A DNA stretch of 64,000 nucleotides from Acidimicrobiia bacterium (GCA_965203555.1 CBDBCY010000004.1:448001-512000); one strand, 5' to 3'; numbered from the stretch's first letter, positions 1 to 10,342 are shown. The notes: generated by a model not told the origin, from the letters alone. Numbers and translations are program-made.

Positions 1-4
1 TCGA

Positions 5-808
5 ATGGCTGTAACCGGAATCTCCCAGTCAGCCGCGGAAGCCTCCTCCGGACCCCTCGATTCCCTGCTGTTCCGCTACACCCTCTATCACGCCGATGAC
101 AATCTCGTCCTGGCCCAGCGGATGTCGGGATGGATTTCCCGAGCCCACGACCTGGAAGAGGACATTGCCCTGGCCAACATCGCCCTGGATCTGCTGGGCC
201 GGGCCCGGATGCTCTTGGAGTACGCCGGGCAACTGGAGGGCGCAGGCCGTACCGAAGACGATCTGGCCATGTTCCGATCCGAAAGGGAGTTCACCAACCT
301 GCTGCTGGTGGAGCAACCCAACGGCGATTTCGCCCACACCATGGTCCGCCAGTTCCTCTTCGACGCCTATCAAATGGAACTGTGGAATCGTCTTGCGGAG
401 TCGGCTGACCCCACCTTGGCCGCCATTGCCGGAAAGGCCGTGAAGGAGACCCGCTATCACCTTCGCCATTCATCGGCGTGGCTGGTCCGGTTGGGTAACG
501 GAACCGAGGAGAGCCACGGGCGCACCCAGCTGGCCGTCGAGGACTTGTGGCGTTTCGTGCCGGAGATGTTCGACTCAGACGAGTTTTGCGACCACCTGAC
601 CCGGGCCGGGATGGCGGTTTCTCCGTCGCTATTGCAACCTGCCTGGAACAGGTGGGTGCGGGACACCTTCTCGTCAGCAGAGCTTGAGATCCCCGGCGAC
701 CGGTTCTCCCGTTCCGGCGGACGATCTGGATTTCACACCGAACACCTCGGGTATCTGCTGGCCGAGATGCAGTGGATGCAACGCTCCTATCCGGGGATGC
801 AGTGGTGA
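5..808 (+). CDS. paaC: Phenylacetyl-CoA 1,2-epoxidase subunit C
   Basis: Motifs ADDNLVLAQR, LEEDIALANIALDLLG, EQPNGDFAHT, KETRYH, GGRSGFHTEHLGYLLAEMQ..QRSYPG..W. Confidence 0.95.
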   Translation: MAVTGISQSAAEASSGPLDSLLFRYTLYHADDNLVLAQRMSGWISRAHDLEEDIALANIALDLLGRARMLLEYAGQLEGAGRTEDDLAMFRSEREFTNLLLVEQPNGDFAHTMVRQFLFDAYQMELWNRLAESADPTLAAIAGKAVKETRYHLRHSSAWLVRLGNGTEESHGRTQLAVEDLWRFVPEMFDSDEFCDHLTRAGMAVSPSLLQPAWNRWVRDTFSSAELEIPGDRFSRSGGRSGFHTEHLGYLLAEMQWMQRSYPGMQW

Positions 809-1278
809 TCGACGCCCGGCAACTGCAGCGCCGATTGGAGGCGGTGCCCGACCCCGAGCTTCCCTGGGTAACCATCTCGGACCTGGGAGTGCTCCGCCGC
901 GCGGTTGTCGAAGAAGCACGCGTGGTGGTGGAAGTCACACCGACCTGGTCGGGATGTCCGGCCATGGACGCCATCAGAGAGTCCATCCGCCTGGTGTTGG
1001 ACGGCGCGGGTTACAAACCTGAGCAGGTCGAAATCAATACCAGCTTCAGTCCGGCCTGGACTACGGATGACATCACCGACGCCGGTCGGCGTAAGTTGGC
1101 CCGAGCCGGTATCGCTCCGCCCCGCAAACCCGCCGAAAAACCGCTGGGCGATACCGTCTGTCCTCTATGCCAATCCTCGAGGGTGCGGGAAGTGAGCGAA
1201 TTCGGATCCACGCCCTGCAAGGCTCTGATGGCGTGCCGCAGTTGCCTGGAACCATTCGATCGCTTCAAGGAGTTGTGA
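805..1278 (+). CDS. paaD: Phenylacetyl-CoA epoxidase subunit D (PaaD/PaaJ)
   Basis: VPDPELP..I.DLG, TPTWSGCPAM, PAWTTD, CPLC..FGSTPCKAL..C..C.EPFD.FK; GTGA overlap with the paaC stop. Confidence 0.93.
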   Translation: MIDARQLQRRLEAVPDPELPWVTISDLGVLRRAVVEEARVVVEVTPTWSGCPAMDAIRESIRLVLDGAGYKPEQVEINTSFSPAWTTDDITDAGRRKLARAGIAPPRKPAEKPLGDTVCPLCQSSRVREVSEFGSTPCKALMACRSCLEPFDRFKEL

Positions 1279-2357
1279 TGGAAGCGCCACCGGTGTTTCA
1301 CCGGTTATGTGTAGCTGAAGTAAAACGTGAGACCGACCAGGCGGTGGCGATCACATTCGCCGTTCCTTCCGATCTGGCGCCGGATTTCAGATATCTGCCG
1401 GGCCAGCACATAACCGTGCGGGCCGAGATCGACGGAGATGACGTGCGTCGCAGTTATTCGCTGTGCGCAGACGCCGGCGCCGGGCAACTGCGGGTTGGCG
1501 TCAAACAACTTCGGGGAGGAAAGTTCTCCACTTTTGCCAATTCCCGCCTCAAAGTGGGTGATTTCCTGGACGTGATGCCTCCGGTCGGAGAGTTCACCAT
1601 CGAACCCGACCCCGTTTCAACCCGTCACTATGCGGCCGTGGCGGCAGGAAGCGGCATCACCCCCGTCCTGTCTCTGGTCTCAACCACCCTTCGGGCCGAA
1701 CCGCGATGCCGTTGGACGTTACTGCTGGGAAACCGCTCGGCCGCTTCGATCATGTTCCTGGAGGAGCTTTCCGCTCTCAAGGACAGGTATACCGACCGGT
1801 TCCACCTCATTCATGTACTCAGCCGCGAACAACCGGCTTCACCCCTTCTCAGTGGACGGATCGACCGCCCGCGACTCGAAGCCGTCTTCGCCTCTCTGGT
1901 CGACCCGGACACGGTGGATCTGTGGTTCTTGTGCGGCCCGTACCGGATGGTGACCGCGGTACGGGAGACCCTGGAGGATCGAGGAACGCCGCCCGCCGAC
2001 ATCAAAGACGAGTTGTTCTTCGCCGGGCCGCCCCCCGCCATGAATAGTGACTCTGCGAACGGAGAAGACTCCGAAGACACCGTGGATCTCGTTTTCACCC
2101 TGGACGGGCGCACCTCGATGGTGCGTATGGCGCCCGACTCCCGGGTCCTGGACGCAGCCTTGACCGTTCGCCATGAACTACCGTGGTCCTGCCGGGGAGG
2201 CATGTGCGCTTCCTGCAAGGCCCAGGTGCTGGAGGGTGAGGTCTCCATGGAGCACAACTACGCCTTGGTGGCCGAGGACCTGGAAGCAGGCTTCATCCTG
2301 ACCTGTCAGGCAGTTCCCCAAGGCGAACGGTTGGTCGTGGACTTCGATCGGCGATGA
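1278..2357 (+). CDS. paaE: Phenylacetyl-CoA epoxidase reductase subunit (FAD/NAD + 2Fe-2S)
   Basis: RRSYSLC, AAGSGITP, FLCGP, C-terminal SCRGGMCASC...LTCQ ferredoxin; TGATG coupling to paaD. Confidence 0.93.
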   Translation: MEAPPVFHRLCVAEVKRETDQAVAITFAVPSDLAPDFRYLPGQHITVRAEIDGDDVRRSYSLCADAGAGQLRVGVKQLRGGKFSTFANSRLKVGDFLDVMPPVGEFTIEPDPVSTRHYAAVAAGSGITPVLSLVSTTLRAEPRCRWTLLLGNRSAASIMFLEELSALKDRYTDRFHLIHVLSREQPASPLLSGRIDRPRLEAVFASLVDPDTVDLWFLCGPYRMVTAVRETLEDRGTPPADIKDELFFAGPPPAMNSDSANGEDSEDTVDLVFTLDGRTSMVRMAPDSRVLDAALTVRHELPWSCRGGMCASCKAQVLEGEVSMEHNYALVAEDLEAGFILTCQAVPQGERLVVDFDRR

Positions 2358-2983
2358 GCGCCACCACCCGCCACAACCGGGAAAGCGTGATCCGGGCGGC
2401 GGGCAAACTGTTTGCCCTACGGGGTTATCACGGCACGTCCATGAAGGACCTGGGAGACGAGTTGGGACTGCTCAAGTCCTCCATCTACTCCCATGTGTCA
2501 TCCAAGGAGGACTTGCTGCTGGAAGTGGTGCGGCGCGCCGAGCGGCTCTTCAAGGAGTCCGCCCGCAGGGCGCTGGATACCGCCTCGGGAGAAACTGCCC
2601 GTCTGCAAGCGTTGATCAAGGGTCATCTTGAGGTGATCCTCGACCATCGCGACGAGGCAAGTACTTTTCTGAACGAGGCCCGGGCCCTGGACGAACGCTA
2701 CCGGGAGGCGGTGATCGCCGCCCGCGATGGCTACGAACGTATCTTCCGCCGGGTGATCGGAGCAGGCGTCAGAAGCGGGGAGTTCGACGACCGGGTGGAC
2801 CCGGTCATGGCCGGCATCTTCATACTCTCCATACTGAACGCAGTGGGACGCTGGTACAACCCGGACGGAAGATTGCAACGCCAGGAACTGGTAGAAGAGA
2901 TGTGGGATTTCATCAGTTCCGGGCTGGTCTGCACCCGAACGGACGGCCGGACCGCTCCAACGGCTCCAACCGCTCAGACGTAG
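2354..2983 (+). CDS. TetR-family regulator (PaaR/KstR2-like)
   Basis: N-terminal HTH LFALRGYHGTSMKDLGDELGLLKSSIYSH..SKEDLL; C-terminal WYNPDG; ATGA overlap with paaE. Confidence 0.9.
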   Translation: MSATTRHNRESVIRAAGKLFALRGYHGTSMKDLGDELGLLKSSIYSHVSSKEDLLLEVVRRAERLFKESARRALDTASGETARLQALIKGHLEVILDHRDEASTFLNEARALDERYREAVIAARDGYERIFRRVIGAGVRSGEFDDRVDPVMAGIFILSILNAVGRWYNPDGRLQRQELVEEMWDFISSGLVCTRTDGRTAPTAPTAQT

Positions 2984-3648
2984 GACATCTCCCGCCGAAA
3001 CTTCTTCCAATCCGAGATCTTTACCGACCACACTGCATCGGTAAAGACCTGCAATACACCCTGACCCAGCAATAGCCATGCCGCCCACGAAGGGAAATCG
3101 GCCGACAGTGCCGGAACAAGAATGGCGAACGGGACCACCTTGGTAACCAGAGCCCCGGAGGCGTGCATCCAGGCCCTGGACCTGGGACTGGCTCGAAGAT
3201 AGGTGTCGTAGTCCACCTTGACTCCGGGCTGGGGACGAGTCAACGATCCCACGAACCAATGCGTGAAACGGATACCGGCCATCCGGCCCACTACCAGATG
3301 ACTCAGACCGTGGGTGGTGGCCACCAGCACGCCGCCCCCGCCGCCCAGCAGGACGAGCCCGTTCCAGGGATCAGGCAGGGCGTGAGACCAGACCACTAGG
3401 AAGAGACCCAGCAAGGTGAACAGCCCCATCAAGGTGGTTCCTGCCTTGATGCCGACACTGAACAGCGCCCACTGCAAGAAAGCCCTACGATCTATCTCGG
3501 CGATCCGTGATCCGTGATGATCAACCAAGTGAGGGGTGGATTTGACAGTTCCCACCGCTTTCCAAAAGCCCGTCCCGGCCAACCCCGCTCCCGCCTTCAC
3601 CGCTTGCTCGGCGGCGGTGAGGACTTCTTCTATGCCTTGATTCCCCAT
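2974..3648 (-). CDS. Hypothetical membrane protein, distantly M50-peptidase-like (HGLSH in place of HExxH)
   Basis: 224-aa ORF with several hydrophobic helices; THGLSHLVVG..GIRF motif. Confidence 0.65.
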   Translation of the reverse strand: MGNQGIEEVLTAAEQAVKAGAGLAGTGFWKAVGTVKSTPHLVDHHGSRIAEIDRRAFLQWALFSVGIKAGTTLMGLFTLLGLFLVVWSHALPDPWNGLVLLGGGGGVLVATTHGLSHLVVGRMAGIRFTHWFVGSLTRPQPGVKVDYDTYLRASPRSRAWMHASGALVTKVVPFAILVPALSADFPSWAAWLLLGQGVLQVFTDAVWSVKISDWKKFRREMSYV

Positions 3649-3717
3649 GCGTCTGACACTATCAGCAATGTTCGGGGTTGTCGAAGTCGAATCGGCAACT
3701 TTCTACCTCCAGGTAAG

Positions 3718-4506
3718 ATGCTTCCGGTATGTCTTCTTGGTCCTCACGACTTGAGCGCTGAGCTAGACCTGATTACCGGGGCGCTGTTGGTGCTGGCCGG
3801 CTTCGCAACCGCCTTCATCAATGTGATGGCTGGGGGAGGATCGGCTGTGAGCCTGATCATTTTGGAGCCGATGCTGGGAGCCAACATCGCCAACGCCACC
3901 AACCGGGTGGCCATTGTGTTCGCCAACGTCCTGGGAACCTCCAACTTCGCCCGCAAGCAGTTGGTTCCCTGGAAGATGTCCTTCAGCCTTATTTTCCCCA
4001 CCATGATCGGTACCGCGGTGGGCGCCTGGGTCGCCACCCGGGTTTCTAACGAGCAGATGCGCGCCGCTTTTGCGGTCGTGCTGATCGGGGTGGCGCTCTC
4101 GGTGCTGCTCAAACCCTCGGCCTGGTTGAAGGAGCAGGTGGATCCCCGGCTGGGACGGTGGGGCAGGGCGACAGCCTTCCTGGCTATTGGCTTCTATGGA
4201 GGCTTTATCCAGGTGGGAGTGGGGTTTCTGTTGATCAGCGGCCTGGTTCTGGGTTGCGGACTCGATCTGGTCAAAGGCAGTGCGGCAAAAATGTTCCTGA
4301 TCGCCTGCTATACCGCTCTGGCTGTGGGGATCTTTGCCCTTGCCGACCAGATCAACTGGCCGGTGGGCCTGGTGATGGCGATCGGCAACTCGACCGGCGC
4401 CTACCTGGGCACCCGTCTCGCCATGGAAAAAGGCGCCCGGCTCATCCGGTGGCTCCTGGCCATCGCCTCGGTGGCGGTGGCGTTGCGGATGCTGTTCTTC
4501 CAGTAG
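3718..4506 (+). CDS. TauE/SafE (TSUP) family permease; start uncertain (3718 or 3751)
   Basis: FINVMAGGG, ANATNR, GFYGGFIQVGVG; about 8 TM helices. Confidence 0.88.
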   Translation: MLPVCLLGPHDLSAELDLITGALLVLAGFATAFINVMAGGGSAVSLIILEPMLGANIANATNRVAIVFANVLGTSNFARKQLVPWKMSFSLIFPTMIGTAVGAWVATRVSNEQMRAAFAVVLIGVALSVLLKPSAWLKEQVDPRLGRWGRATAFLAIGFYGGFIQVGVGFLLISGLVLGCGLDLVKGSAAKMFLIACYTALAVGIFALADQINWPVGLVMAIGNSTGAYLGTRLAMEKGARLIRWLLAIASVAVALRMLFFQ

Positions 4507-4541
4507 AGCTACAACGCCTCCTTAGGTAACCTTTTTTGTCG

Positions 4542-5585
4542 ATGATCATTCCCGTTCTCCTGTCCGGAGGGATCGGCGTCCGGCTGTGGCCGCTGTCCAC
4601 CCCCGAGTCGCCCAAACAGTTTCTGCGGATCTTCGGCCGCGAATCCTTATTGCAGGCTGCTGCCCAGCGGGTGATGGGCATGGAAGAAATGGGGTCTCCC
4701 GTGGTCGTCACCGGAAGGTCCATGTCCCGACAGGTGATCGAGCATCTGGATGAGATCGGGTGCACTCCCGCGGCGGTGTTGACCGAACCGGTGGGTCGCA
4801 ACACCGCCCCCGCAGCAATGGCAGCCGCTCTGTGGGCCGATTCCGATGATCTGCTGCTGGGTCTTCCCACGGACCATCTGGTATCGGACGTGGACGGTTT
4901 CCAGGCTGCCATCCGCCAGGGAATTCCGGCCGCTCGGCACGGGAACCTGGTGATCTTCGGCATTCAGCCATCCCGACCCCATCCCGGGCTCGGGTATATG
5001 GAGGTGACCCCGGGTCGCGATCCCGGAGTGCTCGACATCCGCCGATTCGTGGAAAAGCCGGATGTGGAGACTGCTCGACAGTTCATGGAGTCGGGCAACT
5101 ACCTGTGGAACGGCGGGATGTTCCTGGTGCAGGCCCGGACAATGCGGGAAGTGATCATGCGTCTGCTTCCGGAAGTGGCTGCCACAACGACCAGGGCGTA
5201 TGCCAACGCGCGCCACCATTCCGACGGAACCGTCGAACTGGGACCGGAATTCGGACAGGTCCCGGCCGTCTCGGTTGCCAAGGGACTTTGGGAACGCGCC
5301 GAGAAAGTGCAAGCGGTGCGGTTGGTGGCGGGGTGGTCTGATATCGGCTCGTGGGCGGCGCTGGGAGAGGTGCTGGAAGCGGACGACAACGACAATGTGA
5401 TAAGCGGTACGGCGGTGGTGGAAGCGGGTCAGGGAGTGCATGTACTCTCCCGGAACGCCAGGACGGCGGTGGTGGGGGTCTCTGATGTGCTGGTGGTAGT
5501 GGCCAACGACCGGGTGCTGGTGGCAAGCCGCCGGATGTGGGAACATACAAGTGAAACGATCAAACGCCTCGAAGACCTTGGGTGA
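4542..5585 (+). CDS. manC: Mannose-1-phosphate guanylyltransferase family protein
   Basis: LSGGIGVRLWPLS...PKQF, EPVGRNTAPA, PTDH, FVEKP, WNGGMF, WSDIGSW. Confidence 0.88.
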   Translation: MIIPVLLSGGIGVRLWPLSTPESPKQFLRIFGRESLLQAAAQRVMGMEEMGSPVVVTGRSMSRQVIEHLDEIGCTPAAVLTEPVGRNTAPAAMAAALWADSDDLLLGLPTDHLVSDVDGFQAAIRQGIPAARHGNLVIFGIQPSRPHPGLGYMEVTPGRDPGVLDIRRFVEKPDVETARQFMESGNYLWNGGMFLVQARTMREVIMRLLPEVAATTTRAYANARHHSDGTVELGPEFGQVPAVSVAKGLWERAEKVQAVRLVAGWSDIGSWAALGEVLEADDNDNVISGTAVVEAGQGVHVLSRNARTAVVGVSDVLVVVANDRVLVASRRMWEHTSETIKRLEDLG

Positions 5586-5604
5586 ACGACCTGCAAGGCC
5601 GGTG

Positions 5605-5907
5605 ATGGTACGGATCGCGGTCCTCTTTTGGCTGATCGTCATTGCCGGATGCTCTTCGCCGCCTCCTCCTGACGTCACCGGACCCGAGTTGTTCAACCAA
5701 CTGTGCGCTACCTGCCATGGAGCGCAACTGGAAGGCAAGACTGGTCCCCCGTTGGGGCAATACTCGCCCAGTTCAACCCTTCCTGACGAGTATCTGGTGA
5801 CATCCATACGGCGCGGGATCGGGACGATGCCATCCTTCGACCATCTTTCCGACGACCAGGTAGAACGATTGGTCTCCTATATCCGAAACGTTCAGGCTGG
5901 ACCGTGA
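5605..5907 (+). CDS. Monoheme cytochrome c lipoprotein
   Basis: Lipobox IAGC, CATCH heme motif, GTMPSF axial Met. Confidence 0.88.
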   Translation: MVRIAVLFWLIVIAGCSSPPPPDVTGPELFNQLCATCHGAQLEGKTGPPLGQYSPSSTLPDEYLVTSIRRGIGTMPSFDHLSDDQVERLVSYIRNVQAGP

Positions 5908-6893
5908 CTCTTCGACCGGATCGGGTCTTTACCCACGGCCCCTTGGCCGGATTGCAAGCATGGGCCGTGGCTATTCCGATGCGACTTCCGTACCGACGCC
6001 TCGCCGAACGGCGGGCGGTCCTGCTGCGGGGTCTCGCCGGATGGGGAGAGTTCTCGCCTTTCGACGAGTACGACGATCGCGCCGCCGCTCGCTGGCTGAC
6101 TTCTGCGCTGGAGTCCGCTCTCGACCCTCTGCCACCACCCAGGCGCGACCGGATCCCGGTCAATGTCACAGTTCCCCCTGTGGGGGCCGATCATGCAAAG
6201 CGGTTGGTGGAAGCTTCAAGCTGCCGAACCGCCAAGGTGAAAGTGGCCGACAAGGGCCAGGACTTCACAGAAGACCTGGCGAGGGTGGCTGCTGTACGGG
6301 AAGCGCTGGGAGATGACGGTTTCTTGCGAATAGACGTGAACGGGGCGTGGACAGTGACGGAGGCGGATACCCGCCTCCGTCTTTTGGAGGAGTTCGATCT
6401 GCAGTACGCCGAGCAACCCTGCGCCACTCTGAGCGACCTCTCCGAGTTGCGATCTCGCACCAACATCCCGATCGCTGCCGACGAATCGATTCGGTCCGGC
6501 GCCACACCTGAAGAGATCATCGACTCGGGCGGGGTGGACCTGCTGGTGATGAAAGTGCAACCCATGGGAGGCGTTGCCCGGATGCTGGACTGGGCATCGA
6601 GGACAGGACTGCCGGTGATACCCTCCTCCGCGCTTGAGACCTCGGTAGGACTGGCCGCGGGACTGGCCGCGGCCGCAGCGTTACCCGAACTACCCTATGC
6701 CTGCGGCCTGGCCACCGCTTCACTGCTGGCAGGAGACGTGGTCCGCCAACCTCTGACTCCCGAATGTGGCGAGATCCCCGTCCACCGACCGGCACCTGAA
6801 CCTGAACTGGTGGAGAGATGGCGGCCAAGAGAGGAAGTAGCCTCAGTGATGATCGCCCGGCTGGAACGGGTTGCAAACCTGCTGCGAGTATGA
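5904..6893 (+). CDS. menC: o-Succinylbenzoate synthase
   Basis: GWGEFSPF, IPVNVTVP, TAKVKV, RIDVNG, EQP, ADES; adjacent to menD. Confidence 0.92.
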   Translation: MTLRPDRVFTHGPLAGLQAWAVAIPMRLPYRRLAERRAVLLRGLAGWGEFSPFDEYDDRAAARWLTSALESALDPLPPPRRDRIPVNVTVPPVGADHAKRLVEASSCRTAKVKVADKGQDFTEDLARVAAVREALGDDGFLRIDVNGAWTVTEADTRLRLLEEFDLQYAEQPCATLSDLSELRSRTNIPIAADESIRSGATPEEIIDSGGVDLLVMKVQPMGGVARMLDWASRTGLPVIPSSALETSVGLAAGLAAAAALPELPYACGLATASLLAGDVVRQPLTPECGEIPVHRPAPEPELVERWRPREEVASVMIARLERVANLLRV

Positions 6894-8608
6894 ACCCCTC
6901 CCACCCCAACCCCTCAGTTGCCCTGGCAATCGTGGTGGTGGACGAACTGGTGCGAGGGGGTGTGACCAGGTTTGTGCTCTCACCCGGGTCTCGGTCCGCT
7001 GCGCTGGCCAGAGCTGTTGAGGACCATCCAGGGGCGTCACTGGCAGTGATGATCGACGAGCGATCGGCGGCCTTCTTTGCACTGGGGGTTGCCCGGATTA
7101 GCGGGTCCCCGGCGGCGGTGATTACCACCTCGGGAACGGCGGTGGCCAATCTCTTTCCTGCCGTGGTGGAGGCAGATGTGTCCGGAGTCCCGCTGATCCT
7201 GCTCACTGCCGACCGGCCCCCCGAACTCCGACACACCGGCGCCAATCAGACCATCGACCAATTGAAACTGTTCGGCGAGGAGGTCAGGTGGTTCTGGGAG
7301 GCCGGACCGACCGAGGATCGGCCGGCGTCCAATGCTTATTGGAGAGCTTCGGCGGCGCGGGCGGTGGCGGAAGCAGGCGGCTGGAGCGGTCGTGGGGGAC
7401 CGGTACACGTCAACCTGGCTTTCCGAGAACCCACCACTCCCACCGGCCACGACGGACGTTCCCAAGCGCCGCCCTTCATTTCCGAGACCAAGGGACGCCC
7501 GGCTGGAAAACCCTGGATCACCGCCCGGCGACCGGCCGGCTTGGACCCTTCCTTCCTTTCCGAGGTAAAGAGAGCAGAACGGGGCATCGTGGTTGTGGGG
7601 GAGGGGGCGGGGGGATCAGACATCTATGCGCGCCTTGCCGACCAACTCGGTTGGCCCTTGATCGCCGAAGCGCTGTCAGGCGCCCGCCATCCGCCTTCGA
7701 TCTCCACCTTCCATTTTCTGCTCCAAGGTTCTCCCTCTTCGCTGCGGCCCGATGTGGTTTTGCGCTTCGGTAAGACCGGACTCAGCCCGAACCTTGCCCG
7801 CCTTCTGTCGGACCCTTCCATAGCCCAGGTGGTGGTGGGCGCGCCGGGACGGTGGGCCGACCCGGACCGGGCGGTTTCCCAGATGGTGAGTGGTCCGCCC
7901 ACCGCGGCGGCCGAAGCCATGTTGAAACGGCTGGGAGAGAGAACCGGCAGTGGGGAATGGCTGCGAAGATGGCAGGAAGCCGAACAGGCCTGCCGGATGG
8001 TCATCGACCGGATCCTGGACGACGACACTCCGAGCGAACCCCGCGCAGCCCGGGATCTGGCGGCCATGCCGCTGGACGGGCTGGTGGTGGGCTCCTCGAT
8101 GCCGGTGCGCGATGTGGATTGGTTCGCCGAACAGACACCGGCCACAGTGATCGGCAACCGAGGAGCGTCCGGCATCGACGGAATCGTTTCCACCGCCCTG
8201 GGCGCGGCTTGGCAGAATCCGGGGCGGGTGGTCGGCCTGATCGGCGACCTGGCCCTGCTGCACGACTCCAACGGGTTTCTGGTGAGTGAACGGCCATCCT
8301 GCGTGCTGGTGGTGGTCAACAATGACGGAGGCGGGATATTCAACTTCCTGCCCCAGGCGAGCTATCCCCATTTCGAGAAGCTCTTCGGAACTCCACACGG
8401 ACGGGATTTCGAGGCGTTGGCTGCCTTTCATGAACTCGGCTACCGGAGACTGGAGCGAGCCTCGGATCTGGCCACCACCGTTGAAGACGTTCTGCACGAG
8501 GGCGGCGTATGGCTGGTGGAAGTTCGCACCGATCGGGAGGAAAACCACCGCCTGCACCAGCGAATCGGTAGGGAAACCGCCCGCCGGGTGGCCGAGGTGC
8601 TGGACTAG
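6890..8608 (+). CDS. menD: SEPHCHC synthase
   Basis: SPGSRS, DERSAAFFALG, TTSGTAVAN, TADRPPEL..GANQTI, NRGASGIDG, GDLALLHD, NNDGGGIF. Confidence 0.96.
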   Translation: MNPSHPNPSVALAIVVVDELVRGGVTRFVLSPGSRSAALARAVEDHPGASLAVMIDERSAAFFALGVARISGSPAAVITTSGTAVANLFPAVVEADVSGVPLILLTADRPPELRHTGANQTIDQLKLFGEEVRWFWEAGPTEDRPASNAYWRASAARAVAEAGGWSGRGGPVHVNLAFREPTTPTGHDGRSQAPPFISETKGRPAGKPWITARRPAGLDPSFLSEVKRAERGIVVVGEGAGGSDIYARLADQLGWPLIAEALSGARHPPSISTFHFLLQGSPSSLRPDVVLRFGKTGLSPNLARLLSDPSIAQVVVGAPGRWADPDRAVSQMVSGPPTAAAEAMLKRLGERTGSGEWLRRWQEAEQACRMVIDRILDDDTPSEPRAARDLAAMPLDGLVVGSSMPVRDVDWFAEQTPATVIGNRGASGIDGIVSTALGAAWQNPGRVVGLIGDLALLHDSNGFLVSERPSCVLVVVNNDGGGIFNFLPQASYPHFEKLFGTPHGRDFEALAAFHELGYRRLERASDLATTVEDVLHEGGVWLVEVRTDREENHRLHQRIGRETARRVAEVLD

Positions 8609-9822
8609 CGCAGATCCAAAGCGCTGGTCATTGCCCCCAGCTTGAGACGAGTCTCGGCCAACTCCTCCTCGGGCAGAGACCCGGTCACTATCCCGGCCCC
8701 GGCGAAAAGACGCGCCCCGGTGTCCTTTAATTCGGCGCACCGCATGGCAATCGCCCACTCGCCGCCACCGCCTTTATCGAACCATCCCACCGGACCGCCA
8801 TATCCTCCCCGATCCATCCCCTCCAGTTGGCGGATTGCCTCCAAGGCGGCGTCGGCAGGAATCCCTCCCACCGCGGCAGTAGGATGAAGGCGCTCCAGGA
8901 CATCGAAACAGGAAACCGGCTCGGCAAGCACCCCCCAAAAAGAGGTGGCGAGATGGCGCAGGTTGGCCAGATCCCGGAGAGTCGGTTCGGCGTTGCGGCT
9001 CAGCCTGGAACAAACCTGCGCCAACCCGCCCTCCACCGAACCCACCGTCAATTCATGCTCAAGACGGTTCTTCTCTGAATGCAACAGGCCTTGCGCCAGT
9101 TCCTCATCCCGTCCGTAGTCAAAATGACGAGGAGCGGTCCCCGCCAAGGCCACCGACTCGATGTTCTTCCCCTGTTGACGCAACAGTAACTCCGGACTGG
9201 CGCCCACCAATCCATCCACCAAGAAAGTAAAGCACTCCGGAAAGGTCCTGTGCAGCCGGTCCAACAGTAGCTCTAAGTCGAACGGTGATTTGCTCCACAC
9301 CTCTATATCGCGCGCCAACACCACCTTCTGCAGGTGACCGGCTTCGATCAACTTCACCGCTGTGGCCACGGAGTCCATCCACCGCCAGTCCGGAGTGGTG
9401 GGACCCAGATAACGAGGGCGGTCGGGAGATGCTCCGGTGCGGGCGCCAACCCCAATAATGCCGGGATCGGCGTCTCCCACGGTGGTTATCCAACCGGCGG
9501 CGCCCTTGCGGCCCACCACAACCTGGGGAACCGCAACCACTGATCCCCCGGACCGGGGATCGAAAGTGAACGACGCAAAACCCACCGGACCGGTTCCAAC
9601 TTCCGACACCCGGTCATCCACCTCTGCTCGGGCTAGCCAACTCGTCCAGGCGTCATGGGCCCGGCGAAGGCGACCTTTTCCCAACCCGGGGTCAAAGCGC
9701 CATGCTTCACCGAATCCCCGCAGAGAGAAATCGCCGTGCATCCAGGCGAAATCGGGAAACCGAATACTCTGAGATGAGAACCCGCTGCCGTCGAGGGGAA
9801 GCGATCGAATCAGAATGCTCAC
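8605..9822 (-). CDS. menF: Isochorismate synthase
   Basis: KVVLAR, GASPELL, ALAGT, KNRLEH, LHPTAAVGG, FAGAGIV.GS...E..ET..K. Confidence 0.92.
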   Translation of the reverse strand: MSILIRSLPLDGSGFSSQSIRFPDFAWMHGDFSLRGFGEAWRFDPGLGKGRLRRAHDAWTSWLARAEVDDRVSEVGTGPVGFASFTFDPRSGGSVVAVPQVVVGRKGAAGWITTVGDADPGIIGVGARTGASPDRPRYLGPTTPDWRWMDSVATAVKLIEAGHLQKVVLARDIEVWSKSPFDLELLLDRLHRTFPECFTFLVDGLVGASPELLLRQQGKNIESVALAGTAPRHFDYGRDEELAQGLLHSEKNRLEHELTVGSVEGGLAQVCSRLSRNAEPTLRDLANLRHLATSFWGVLAEPVSCFDVLERLHPTAAVGGIPADAALEAIRQLEGMDRGGYGGPVGWFDKGGGGEWAIAMRCAELKDTGARLFAGAGIVTGSLPEEELAETRLKLGAMTSALDLR

Positions 9823-10319
9823 GGATTGATGGATTCTTCCAAAGTGTTCCGGGCGGTCTGCAGCAGGATTCTCCGAAAGTGACCGGCCACCAACTCGGCG
9901 GTGGCATCCATCATGGTTTGATAAGCCTCCACCAAGCGTTCGGTGGCTTCGACATCCGATCCGGCGGTGAATTCCACCGAATCACGAACAAACCGGGCGA
10001 AGACATCCACTGCGCGGGCCGCGATCGGACGCATTGCCTCATCCAACTGGCCCGCCAGGCTCAGCAACTCGTCGAGCGGAACCCCTCTTTCCAGGAGCAT
10101 CTTCCCGGCTCGCAAACCATCGGCGTCTCGACGATTGTACAACCGGGTGGGACCGGAACGCTCGGGGATGAGGATTCCCAGTCGCTCCAGAGCCTCCAGG
10201 ACGGTCACCGAGAGTCCCGACGCCGATGCAAGCTGCTCCAGCTCCAGAGACAAATCACTCCCGGAGTCGGTCAACAGTTCGTAGAGGGAACGGTCCCAGG
10301 GATCCATCTGGCCGGACAC
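9819..10319 (-). CDS. MerR-like HTH protein; start uncertain (10319 GTG or 10307 ATG)
   Basis: LEQLASASGLSVTVLEALERLGILIP...RLYNRRD winged-helix pattern; the longer track ORF overlaps sufE. Confidence 0.7.
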   Translation of the reverse strand: MSGQMDPWDRSLYELLTDSGSDLSLELEQLASASGLSVTVLEALERLGILIPERSGPTRLYNRRDADGLRAGKMLLERGVPLDELLSLAGQLDEAMRPIAARAVDVFARFVRDSVEFTAGSDVEATERLVEAYQTMMDATAELVAGHFRRILLQTARNTLEESINP

Positions 10320-10342
10320 GAGATCTTCGAAACCGCCGGGCT

